NCBI GenBank assembly: GCA_000008085.1
Contig: AE017199.1
Coordinates: 30,001 to 62,000, forward strand
Reading direction: 5' to 3'
Source of the DNA: Nanoarchaeum equitans Kin4-M
Lineage (GTDB): Archaea; Nanobdellota; Nanobdellia; Nanobdellales; Nanoarchaeaceae
Length of the DNA stretch: 32,000 nt
Shown here: one piece after another, positions 1 through 7,566 of the stretch
Layout of the letters: each line of letters begins with the position of its first letter
Position numbering within the stretch: the first letter of the stretch is position 1
Position numbers and translations under genes: made by a program
The notes under the pieces: model-generated
What the model was told of the DNA's origin: nothing
Seen by the model: the letters and a program-made list of their open reading frames with translations, nothing else
Database searches by the model: none

Positions 1-7
1 TCATAAG

Positions 8-583
8 GTGGAAATCCAGTTAGATGGTGTAAATAATGCGAAATTAAATATAAAATTCAAAGTATTACCCATAGTAATAGATGAAAAGGGTCTTAAATTC
101 AATGATAGTGAGTCCTTATCTAATTACTATTTTGACAAAAATAAACTTATAGATTACTTAACCAACATAGCAAGCAAGATGAAGGATACAAATGGCCATC
201 TAATAGTAAAAGATGGGGCTGTATTTGTAGATTACGATAAAGACAATATCTGGGATGCTGGAATAGAACCTGGCACATATATTGATGATACCGATTTGGG
301 AAAAATTCTAACAGGTAGAGCAATATATGCTATTGGTAACATTTCTATGGACAGTTTACCACAATATATAAAGGTAGATGGGAGGAATGTGGATTCGTCG
401 AATCCCATCTATACAAATATAAGTAGGGCATTACAGAATGGCATATCATTCGAAAAACTGCTGTATCTTGTAGATGTTAGCGAAGTGGATGCTGATTACT
501 CTAAAAAATTCGCTATTCCTGCACCAGTGCTTGGAGTAATGGGATTGGTACCATTATTTAAAAGAAAAAGGAAAAATGCTTAG
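8..583 (+). CDS. hypothetical surface/membrane-associated protein
   Basis: Intact ORF. C-terminus ends in a hydrophobic stretch plus basic tail (VLGVMGLVPLFKRKRKNA). Overlaps the next ORF by 8 bp. Confidence 0.7.
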   Translation: MEIQLDGVNNAKLNIKFKVLPIVIDEKGLKFNDSESLSNYYFDKNKLIDYLTNIASKMKDTNGHLIVKDGAVFVDYDKDNIWDAGIEPGTYIDDTDLGKILTGRAIYAIGNISMDSLPQYIKVDGRNVDSSNPIYTNISRALQNGISFEKLLYLVDVSEVDADYSKKFAIPAPVLGVMGLVPLFKRKRKNA

Positions 584-2363
584 ACTTATAATATTATTTT
601 TAACTATTATTGGAGCATTAGCTATCAATGTAAATGTATATAGTGGCACTTTAGTAAAGAGTGAGGATAATTATTTAATTCTATTAAAAATAGGAGAAGG
701 TTCTTTTGATGCAAATAAAGTGACAATTACTTCGTTAAATAGCACATTTTATTTAGATTATTTTAACAATATAAATTCGTCTATTGATAATTATGTATAC
801 TTTGACTGCCCCAGTGGTATAAAACATACAATTACCTTTCATGATGTAATAAATGTTGGGACGGATAGAGGAAGAATACCACAACCTACAATAATTCTTG
901 ATATACCTAACGAAACAGGGTGTAAACTAATAATGAAAGATTATAATAATGCTTTGGAAAGATCTGAATTTAATGTTTCTGTTTGTAAGGACTTAACTTG
1001 TAACAAAAACCATGTACAAAAAGTCCTATCTGTACAACCTACCGCAACACTAAGCGTTTCTCCCAGTACTATTAATGTTGGAGAAAGCGTAACAATTACT
1101 CTAACCGCCAATAATTGTTACAAAGATCCTGTTAATTTAGGAGGAAGCTACGAAATTACCGATGATAAAAGTGAAATATCTTACAGTGGTACATTTAATG
1201 GGAATTTAAGTATTAGCAAATCGTTTACACTCACACAAACAGGTACACACACTATAACAGCGAAGCTCTATTGTTATAATGGAATTATAACAAAAACTGC
1301 TACTGTTAGAGTAAATAAACCATCTCCTACTCCATCTCCATCCCCGAAACCATCCCCATCTGTTTCTTTGAGCGTTACACCTACTAGCATAAACCAGTAT
1401 GAAAGTATAGAGATAACAGCAACAATAAATAATTGTAATGGGGGAACATTCCATATATGGGATAGCCAAGGTGAATATGACAAAACCGGTAATGTAACAG
1501 GTAATACATATACTTTTACTGATACTATACAACTAACTATACCGGGTACTCATACTATATCTCTTAGTGCAACATGTAATAGCAATAATTACACAGATAG
1601 CAAAACAGTAATTGTTAACGAAGTACCATTACAAATTAATTCCGTAACACCAATAAACTTTACAGCTATTAAAATTGTAACGAACAAATATGTTAATACT
1701 ATAAATGCTACTTTAAATGAAAAATATTTGCATTGGACGCCTTCTCAAAGAAAAATCGAGAATTATAACGAGAAAGTTGATTGTTCACAACAAGGCATAA
1801 AATATGAATATATATGTGTATTTAACAATTTTATAGCCAATGGATCAAAAATAACAATAGAAGCGGATAGTAAACAATTTAACTTTGCTATGAATAATGA
1901 AACATTGCCAGACATTTTATATTATATAGAGCCCAACAAACCCATTTTCATAGCTTTTGAAGGATATGTTGATATTAGTTATAAACCATTTAATGATGCT
2001 ATCTCCAATTTAACAGGAACTTTCATGGCTTATGTTAATGAAACCCCCATATTGTATAGCGATTTCAGTGATTATTTACCCCCATACCTAGCATATTTCT
2101 TAAATATATCAAATGCGGTATACTTACCTATAAAATATAAAAATGTAACAAATCCCAAGAAATATAATCTCGAAAAGGGCAAATATTCATTATTAGCACT
2201 TGCTGGTAATATAGATGGAATGGCAAACAAAGTTTCTATAGATTTATCCAATTTTGAAGTGTTCGATTTAGTGTGGGATTTCAGAGAGGGAAAACAAACC
2301 AAAGTATTTGATTTAACTCCATATTGGGCAAAGCCTTTAACAAATATAACATGGCCTAACTAA
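576..2363 (+). CDS. secreted/surface protein with two Ig/PKD-like repeats separated by a Pro/Ser linker
   Basis: Signal-peptide-like N-terminus (MLRLIILFLTIIGALAINVN). Repeats LSVSPSTINVGESVTITLTANNC... and LSVTPTSINQYESIEITATINNC... flank PSPTPSPSPKPSPS. Confidence 0.8.
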   Translation: MLRLIILFLTIIGALAINVNVYSGTLVKSEDNYLILLKIGEGSFDANKVTITSLNSTFYLDYFNNINSSIDNYVYFDCPSGIKHTITFHDVINVGTDRGRIPQPTIILDIPNETGCKLIMKDYNNALERSEFNVSVCKDLTCNKNHVQKVLSVQPTATLSVSPSTINVGESVTITLTANNCYKDPVNLGGSYEITDDKSEISYSGTFNGNLSISKSFTLTQTGTHTITAKLYCYNGIITKTATVRVNKPSPTPSPSPKPSPSVSLSVTPTSINQYESIEITATINNCNGGTFHIWDSQGEYDKTGNVTGNTYTFTDTIQLTIPGTHTISLSATCNSNNYTDSKTVIVNEVPLQINSVTPINFTAIKIVTNKYVNTINATLNEKYLHWTPSQRKIENYNEKVDCSQQGIKYEYICVFNNFIANGSKITIEADSKQFNFAMNNETLPDILYYIEPNKPIFIAFEGYVDISYKPFNDAISNLTGTFMAYVNETPILYSDFSDYLPPYLAYFLNISNAVYLPIKYKNVTNPKKYNLEKGKYSLLALAGNIDGMANKVSIDLSNFEVFDLVWDFREGKQTKVFDLTPYWAKPLTNITWPN

Positions 2364-2998
2364 TGCCTGCAATACCAAATTGTTATTATGGCAATATAAC
2401 TAACCTATGTGGAATAGATATAAATAATTCTTTGCTAATTGCAGAGCCATCAAATAGCTCTATAGAAGTTGTTTGTGATCCAAACTGCCATTATGGAGGG
2501 CCAAAAGTTAAGGACAAAAAGCTATGCCTAAATTCCGGTAATTATAGTTTGTATATTTTGAAAAATGATAAAAAATGGTTTGTTGAAACATTAGAAGTAA
2601 ATGCGAATGGCTCTGTAGTAAAAAAAGATTTAACATTTAGATGTAACAAAACAACCAATAATACCAATAATACGAATAGTACAGAAAATAGAGAAGTTAG
2701 TACTGACAATAAAAATAGAAGCATTAATAATAAAAAGTTAAGCACATACAATAAAATTAGTAATATTGTAGTTCCAGTAACAAACAATAACCAAAACCAA
2801 TATTATATCCCAGCATTGTATTCTATACAAGCTAATCCAACCAATTCTATGTCTTTTAGCGAAACATATGAGAGTAAACAAGAAATGCAAAAACAAAGCA
2901 CACAAAATATAGTAACAATAGAGGAAAACAACAATTGGATATGGATACTGCCCATTATAATATTTTTGGTTAGCTTTATTCTTGCTAAAAACCTTTAA
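2363..2998 (+). CDS. hypothetical Asn-rich protein with C-terminal membrane anchor
   Basis: ORF directly downstream of 576..2363 (shared base). C-terminal helix WIWILPIIIFLVSFILAKNL. Confidence 0.7.
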   Translation: MPAIPNCYYGNITNLCGIDINNSLLIAEPSNSSIEVVCDPNCHYGGPKVKDKKLCLNSGNYSLYILKNDKKWFVETLEVNANGSVVKKDLTFRCNKTTNNTNNTNSTENREVSTDNKNRSINNKKLSTYNKISNIVVPVTNNNQNQYYIPALYSIQANPTNSMSFSETYESKQEMQKQSTQNIVTIEENNNWIWILPIIIFLVSFILAKNL

Positions 2999-3019
2999 AT
3001 GATAAATTATATTTTTTGA

Positions 3020-4420
3020 ATGAAACGTTTTCTCCCAGCAGTAGTAGTTTTGGGTTTAGCCCTAGCAGCACCAACAGCGCAATTGGAAGTAATAGATTAC
3101 CCTAATACAGTATATACTAAAGGAGTAATGGCGAAGAGCACAATTCCAATTACTATAAAATATAATACTACTGATGCAACAAACTCCAAGCTTATAGTAT
3201 ATTTGATAAACCAAAATGAGAAAAACTTAGCATTGATGGAAGAATACAAAATCGATGCGGGAAAAACTAAAATAGAAACTATCGAAATTCCATTATATAA
3301 TTTGCCTGATTACCCAAATGTTGATGATGGTATATACACAATAAAGTTTAGGTTAATCTCTTTTGATAACAATGGAAATACTGCGGCTGATGAAAAAGAG
3401 ATAAACGTTTCTATTAATGAACCATTTGATGTCGCACAATATGATTTAGATGTTCTAGATTTACCTTTACCAGAAGACAAAATAGTATTTACCAACACAA
3501 AAACGAAATTCCAAATCCCTATAATTTATGATGGGATAGCAAATAGCGATTATGTTACTGTAACATTATGCGCTATAGCTAATGGAATAAAATTGGCTTG
3601 CAACGATACCAGCAAAACATTAACAACAAGGGAAAACTTAGTAGAATTAGTAATGAATATTCCATCCTTTACAGGGGATGGCAAATTAATATTATCGGTA
3701 AAAGACAACAATGGGCAAAACATAGTAAAAGAATATGCTGTTAAATTTGTTGATGGCACATTAGATGTAAATGTAATGCCTGTAAGCGAAAAGGTAATGC
3801 AAGGCGAATCCACATCTATTATAGTTAGAGTAAACAACCCAATAGAAAAAAGCAGAACTGTATACTTAACAATAAAAACCCCAACAGATACAATAACCAA
3901 AACTATTTATTTAGAAGGCTATAGTAGTGCCCAATTAGTTATTCCTATAAAGGTTAAAACCAATTCAAACAAATTTAATGTATATGTATACGCAAGCGAT
4001 GGAGTATATACATACAGCAAACAATTAACATTAGATGTTGTCTCTAAACAAGATATAATAAACAACATCGATGTTAGTTATGAAAAAGACAAAATAGAGC
4101 TAATATTATATCCAAAGCAACCAGGGGTTGTGACAATAAAAGTGTTGGCCGATGGCGCTATAGTAGATCCTTCCATAAAAACCATATCTTTAGACTACAA
4201 AGCTAAAACCGTTAGTTTTAATTACAAACCATTAAAAGACACAGCAACAATAAAATTTGAAGTATATGATCTAAACAATAATAAGATAGCTGAAAAGCAA
4301 ATAAAAATAGTGCAAAAGAAAGCCCAACAATTCAATTGGTTATTACCCATAGCAATAATAATAGCCCTAGGATTGGGCCTATATTTAGGTAGAAAAAAGA
4401 AAGAAGAAATTGTTGAATAG
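3020..4420 (+). CDS. surface protein with signal peptide and C-terminal transmembrane anchor
   Basis: N-terminus MKRFLPAVVVLGLALAAPTAQ. C-terminus WLLPIAIIIALGLGLYLGRKKKEE. Beta-rich middle region. Confidence 0.8.
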   Translation: MKRFLPAVVVLGLALAAPTAQLEVIDYPNTVYTKGVMAKSTIPITIKYNTTDATNSKLIVYLINQNEKNLALMEEYKIDAGKTKIETIEIPLYNLPDYPNVDDGIYTIKFRLISFDNNGNTAADEKEINVSINEPFDVAQYDLDVLDLPLPEDKIVFTNTKTKFQIPIIYDGIANSDYVTVTLCAIANGIKLACNDTSKTLTTRENLVELVMNIPSFTGDGKLILSVKDNNGQNIVKEYAVKFVDGTLDVNVMPVSEKVMQGESTSIIVRVNNPIEKSRTVYLTIKTPTDTITKTIYLEGYSSAQLVIPIKVKTNSNKFNVYVYASDGVYTYSKQLTLDVVSKQDIINNIDVSYEKDKIELILYPKQPGVVTIKVLADGAIVDPSIKTISLDYKAKTVSFNYKPLKDTATIKFEVYDLNNNKIAEKQIKIVQKKAQQFNWLLPIAIIIALGLGLYLGRKKKEEIVE

Positions 4421-4508
4421 ACTTTAAATTATTTCATTTTCTCTATAAGTGAAACTTAATAAGATAGTAGCTTTGTTAGATATAATTGGTGATTTATTAC
4501 TATGTAAG

Positions 4509-4733
4509 ATGCGCGACAACTATTATATCGATATCTATTCTGATGAAAATTCTATTGTTGTAGAAAGTGAGGACTTAGTTGTAACATTGAAAAAATCCAA
4601 AAATGATAAGGTTTTCATAAAAATAGAACACCCTTTGGGGGAATGGCGCTTTTATGCTAACAAAAAAGAGCTAGAAGAAAATTTAAAAAATACAAAATTC
4701 GCCAAATTGTTTGTCAAACTAATAAACCTTTAA
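4509..4733 (+). CDS. small hypothetical protein
   Basis: ORF 4449..4733. ATG at 4509 (MRDNYYIDIYSDE...) is a plausible start; a GTG at 4449 is the alternative. Confidence 0.5.
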   Translation: MRDNYYIDIYSDENSIVVESEDLVVTLKKSKNDKVFIKIEHPLGEWRFYANKKELEENLKNTKFAKLFVKLINL

Positions 4734-4754
4734 ACTATTATATAGATATTGCTA

Positions 4755-5015
4755 ATGGCCTTTAGCCATACTAAAAAGGTAGGTCCTACTGGTAGGTTTG
4801 GTCCTAGGTATGGTTTAGGTATAAGAAAAAGAGTACTAACTGTTGAAATAAAACAAAGGAAAAAACATGTTTGTCCCTTCTGTAGGTCTAAAGCAGTAAT
4901 TAGAGAGGCATATGGAATTTACAGATGTAAAAAATGCGGAAAACAATTTACAGGTTTAGCCTATTACCCATACGAGCATTTGCACGAATATTACAAAATT
5001 AGAGGGGGGCAATAA
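4755..5015 (+). CDS. rpl37ae: 50S ribosomal protein L37Ae (eL43)
   Basis: KKVGPTGRFGPRYGLGIRKRV...CPFCRSKAVIREAYGIYRCKKCGKQFTGLAY with CxxC...CxxC. Start at ATG 4755 (MAFSHTKKVG). Confidence 0.93.
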   Translation: MAFSHTKKVGPTGRFGPRYGLGIRKRVLTVEIKQRKKHVCPFCRSKAVIREAYGIYRCKKCGKQFTGLAYYPYEHLHEYYKIRGGQ

Positions 5016-5199
5016 ATAAAACCATATCTCCCCTAACAAATAGTTCTTTCAAATTCTCTTCATCAATTTTTACCTCTTTCATATATAAATTAACATGTAT
5101 ATCCGAGCTTTCCAATAAACCTTCAATGGTTTTGCCATTTTTTAAATAAACCTTTACTCTTTTGCCTTTCAAAGAAGCTAAAAACTCCAATGGTCTCAT
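4999..5199 (-). CDS. Sm-like (LSm) RNA-binding protein
   Basis: FLASLKGKRVKVYLKNGKTIEGLLESSDIHVNLYM...FVRGDMVLFI matches the Sm1/Sm2 pattern. Convergent 17-bp overlap with rpl37ae. Confidence 0.85.
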   Translation of the reverse strand: MRPLEFLASLKGKRVKVYLKNGKTIEGLLESSDIHVNLYMKEVKIDEENLKELFVRGDMVLFIAPL

Positions 5200-5219
5200 C
5201 GTTAATTCTTACAGTAACA

Positions 5220-5228
5220 TTTATAAAT
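5220..5228 (+). promoter_or_regulatory. TATA/box A for the tRNA half
   Basis: TTTATAAAT centred about 25 nt upstream of 5248/5249. Confidence 0.6.
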
Positions 5229-5248
5229 GGTTTTGTTATAACTTACTA

Positions 5249-5301
5249 CGCGGGGTGGGGCAGCCTGGAGTGCCCGGGGGGCTCATATCCCCCTGGCCGC
5301 C
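5249..5301 (+). tRNA. 5' half of a split tRNA-Met(CAU), probably initiator; positions 1-37 = 5249..5287, GC-rich trans-pairing tail 5288..5301
   Basis: CGCGGGG-TG-GGGC-AGCCTGGAGT-GCCC-G-GGGGG-CTCATA, then TCCCCCTGGCCGCC and T7. Acceptor 5' strand, D-arm, anticodon stem and loop are present, but there is no T-arm or 3' acceptor strand on this strand downstream. Confidence 0.9.
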
Positions 5302-5308
5302 TTTTTTT
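5302..5308 (+). terminator. T-tract after the split tRNA half
   Basis: TTTTTTT immediately follows the GC-rich tail. Confidence 0.55.
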
Positions 5309-5317
5309 CATATTTAA

Positions 5318-5389
5318 TGGACCCGCCGGGATTCGAACCCGGGGCCTCCGCCTTGCGAGGGCGGCGTCCTACCGCTGGACTACGGGCCC
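5318..5389 (-). tRNA. tRNA-Ala(CGC)
   Basis: GGGCCCG-TA-...-CGCC CTCGCAA GGCG-...-GGGTTCGAATCCCGGCGGGTCCA cloverleaf with G3:U70 and A73. Confidence 0.95.
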
Positions 5390-5477
5390 GGTTTCGATTT
5401 TAGATACAAAATAAATACATTTTTTGTAACTTAAAAGTAGTAATAGCTATATTTAAAGATGAGCTTTAAAGCGAGGG

Positions 5478-6131
5478 ATGGATAGGAAAATTATTGAAGA
5501 AAAAGCAAAAATTGTTGATGAAATTCCAAAAGTAATAAAGGGCAAAGACTATCAATTAAAGCTAACAAATATGGTATTCCATGTTAGGTTAACTTCCTCA
5601 AAACCATTAGATTTAAGTAAAGTTGCAGAGGAAATGGTTAATGCCATATATGAAAAAGACCGATTCCCTGGGGTTAGGCTAAAACTAAATGTGCCAGACG
5701 AAAATGGGGGGATGCACACAATTTCTATTCTATTATTTAGAAAAGGCCCAATAATCGTTTCTGGTGTGACTAAAAAAGAGCATTTGATAGCTGCAATAGA
5801 ATACGCTTGTGACATAATAAGAAAATATGGCGGAGAATGTATAGAAGAACCAGAAATAAAATTAGAAAACATGGTATGGACAGGCTATCTAGATTATGAA
5901 GTAAACCTAGCTTTGTTAGCAGAAAAAGACCCAGATGCTGAGTATAACCCCGAACAATTCCCAGGTTTAACGTATAGGCTAGGCACAGACAAAAAAGGTA
6001 GACTACATTTATTCAAAAACGGTAAAATTGTAGTTCCAGGAACCAGAAGTGTGGAAGAAACCAAAAAAATCGTTGAAGAGGTAATAGAAAGAATTAAAAA
6101 ATATGGAGTAGCGAATAAGAAAAGTGCATGA
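5478..6131 (+). CDS. tbp: TATA-box-binding protein (TBP), divergent first repeat
   Basis: Two pseudo-repeats. Second has DAEYNPEQFPGLTYRL...LHLFKNGKIVVPGTRSVEE. First has RFPGVRLKL...ISILLFRKGPIIVSG. Confidence 0.9.
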   Translation: MDRKIIEEKAKIVDEIPKVIKGKDYQLKLTNMVFHVRLTSSKPLDLSKVAEEMVNAIYEKDRFPGVRLKLNVPDENGGMHTISILLFRKGPIIVSGVTKKEHLIAAIEYACDIIRKYGGECIEEPEIKLENMVWTGYLDYEVNLALLAEKDPDAEYNPEQFPGLTYRLGTDKKGRLHLFKNGKIVVPGTRSVEETKKIVEEVIERIKKYGVANKKSA

Positions 6132-6771
6132 ACTAGTTTTTGCTTTGATTTCTATTTTATTTTTATCATTAATTGCTTTTAAATTTTCTTATTTAGAGCA
6201 AAATGCTTATACTACGGGTTGTAAAATAGAGGATTTGTTAACAAAAAACCCCTTTTCAGGAATTGTTAAGTCTATTCACTATCAAATTGAAGAAACAAAA
6301 GCTAATTTAGATTTTTTAAATTGGATTATTGGGATTAAAAACCCTTTGTCTAGTATTAGCTATAGAATAACAGTTGGTGGTTGCCATATCTTGTATAGAG
6401 AAGTATCAATGAACGAGTTTTACAAAATTTATAAAGCCTTTCTAGAGTACAAAGGGACTGGCGTATATTTTTATGGTAAAGTAATTGGCAATTATAAATT
6501 TCCTATAGAGATTCCAATTTATATAGCTGAAATAAAAGATTTGGGCGACAAATATAATATCACTATAACAAGGAAAAATGTTAATAGCGATTATCTCAAT
6601 AATAAAAATGTTAGCTTAGTTTCGAGCGACAAAATGTTAGACATATTAATAATGGGATACGAAGAGAACAAAATTCCCTTATATGCTTTAGAATTAAAAA
6701 TAGCCGCAAAAATTGGAGCGTGGGCTGGGGAAAAAGTTTTAGTGGTATATGAAGAAAATAACCCCCATTAG
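6124..6771 (+). CDS. hypothetical protein with N-terminal membrane helix
   Basis: Intact ORF. MHELVFALISILFLSLIAFKF hydrophobic N-terminus. Confidence 0.65.
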   Translation: MHELVFALISILFLSLIAFKFSYLEQNAYTTGCKIEDLLTKNPFSGIVKSIHYQIEETKANLDFLNWIIGIKNPLSSISYRITVGGCHILYREVSMNEFYKIYKAFLEYKGTGVYFYGKVIGNYKFPIEIPIYIAEIKDLGDKYNITITRKNVNSDYLNNKNVSLVSSDKMLDILIMGYEENKIPLYALELKIAAKIGAWAGEKVLVVYEENNPH

Positions 6772-7566
6772 TATAGGCAATAAAATATTATCATAAGGGG
6801 TTAACGCTTCAGCTATTGGGAACAAAAATCCTATAGGCATTTTAGTTACTAAAAATCCAATAATAGAACCTATGTAACCATATAATAGAACAAAACAAAT
6901 GTTTTTGCTTAAACTAGCTAAACCATCAACCCATGCTTGGTAAACCATTAATTTGGGTTCTATAAAATAATATATTATACTGCCTAAAACTAAAGTAAAT
7001 GCACCAATTCCTTTTCCGTCTCTATCGTAATAATCCAAAAACCTTTTTACTATTGGGTTATTCCTATGCTTGTATAGTATTAGCCCTATAATCAATAAAG
7101 CAAACAAAACATACAAAGCTATAGAATTAAAAACATCGAACATAAAAGCTATCGCCATAGCGCTCGCTATATGGAAAATCTTTCTATTGCCTTCTTTTCC
7201 CTTACTCTCCAAAAAGCTAACAAACCAATAAATTATTGGTATAAATAAGAAAGACAAAATTATTTGTTCTATTGTATGCCTTCCAAGTATAACTCTTAAT
7301 AAACCTACTAACAATGGAAATACTACTAGTTTTACATCTTTGTAAAACATTAAAAGAACAGAAGCGATTAATGTGTGCCCACTAGGGAAAGCATATGGGT
7401 CTATATGGGATACCCTATAAACATGGAACATCATTTTAGCAGTAATTGTTATCGCTATTGTACCTAACAATAAATTAAAATAATGGAAAAATTTTTCTGA
7501 ATCCCAATGTCTATAAATATCGTATAAAACTAGCAATAAGGGTATATAGCTTATAAAAGAGATCAT
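6739..7566 (-). CDS. bifunctional membrane protein: N-terminal PAP2-type phosphatase plus C-terminal polyprenol/dolichol-kinase-like domain
   Basis: PAP2 motifs FPSGHTLIASV and RVILGRHTIEQIILS. C-terminal RKIFHIASAMAIAF...YDRDGKGIGAFTLVLGSIIYYF...WVDGLASL resembles the dolichol/phytol kinase family. Confidence 0.75.
   Translation of the reverse strand: MISFISYIPLLLVLYDIYRHWDSEKFFHYFNLLLGTIAITITAKMMFHVYRVSHIDPYAFPSGHTLIASVLLMFYKDVKLVVFPLLVGLLRVILGRHTIEQIILSFLFIPIIYWFVSFLESKGKEGNRKIFHIASAMAIAFMFDVFNSIALYVLFALLIIGLILYKHRNNPIVKRFLDYYDRDGKGIGAFTLVLGSIIYYFIEPKLMVYQAWVDGLASLSKNICFVLLYGYIGSIIGFLVTKMPIGFLFPIAEALTPYDNILLPILMGVIFFIYH

Noticed and set aside
1206-1532. Minus-strand ORFs 1206..1532 and 1274..1483, including Gly/Asp-rich repeat GDGDGFGDGDGVGDG
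   Set aside because: Antisense of the Pro/Ser linker codons in the surface protein, so a composition artefact.
5277-5301. Reading TCCCCC after CTCATA as the 3' side of a normal anticodon stem, i.e. an intact tRNA
   Set aside because: No T-arm or 3' acceptor follows on this strand, only TGGCCGCC and T7. Position 38 would also be T rather than the usual A.
5190-5414. 74-aa plus-strand ORF (MVSSLILTVTF...GPAGIRTRGLRLARAASYRWTTGPV)
   Set aside because: It is the translation of the split tRNA half and antisense of tRNA-Ala. The GIRTRG string is a known tRNA-antisense artefact.
7563-7565. Possible recoding of TGA as a sense codon
   Set aside because: The M32 carboxypeptidase ends at TGA exactly at its expected C-terminus, so TGA acts as a stop here.
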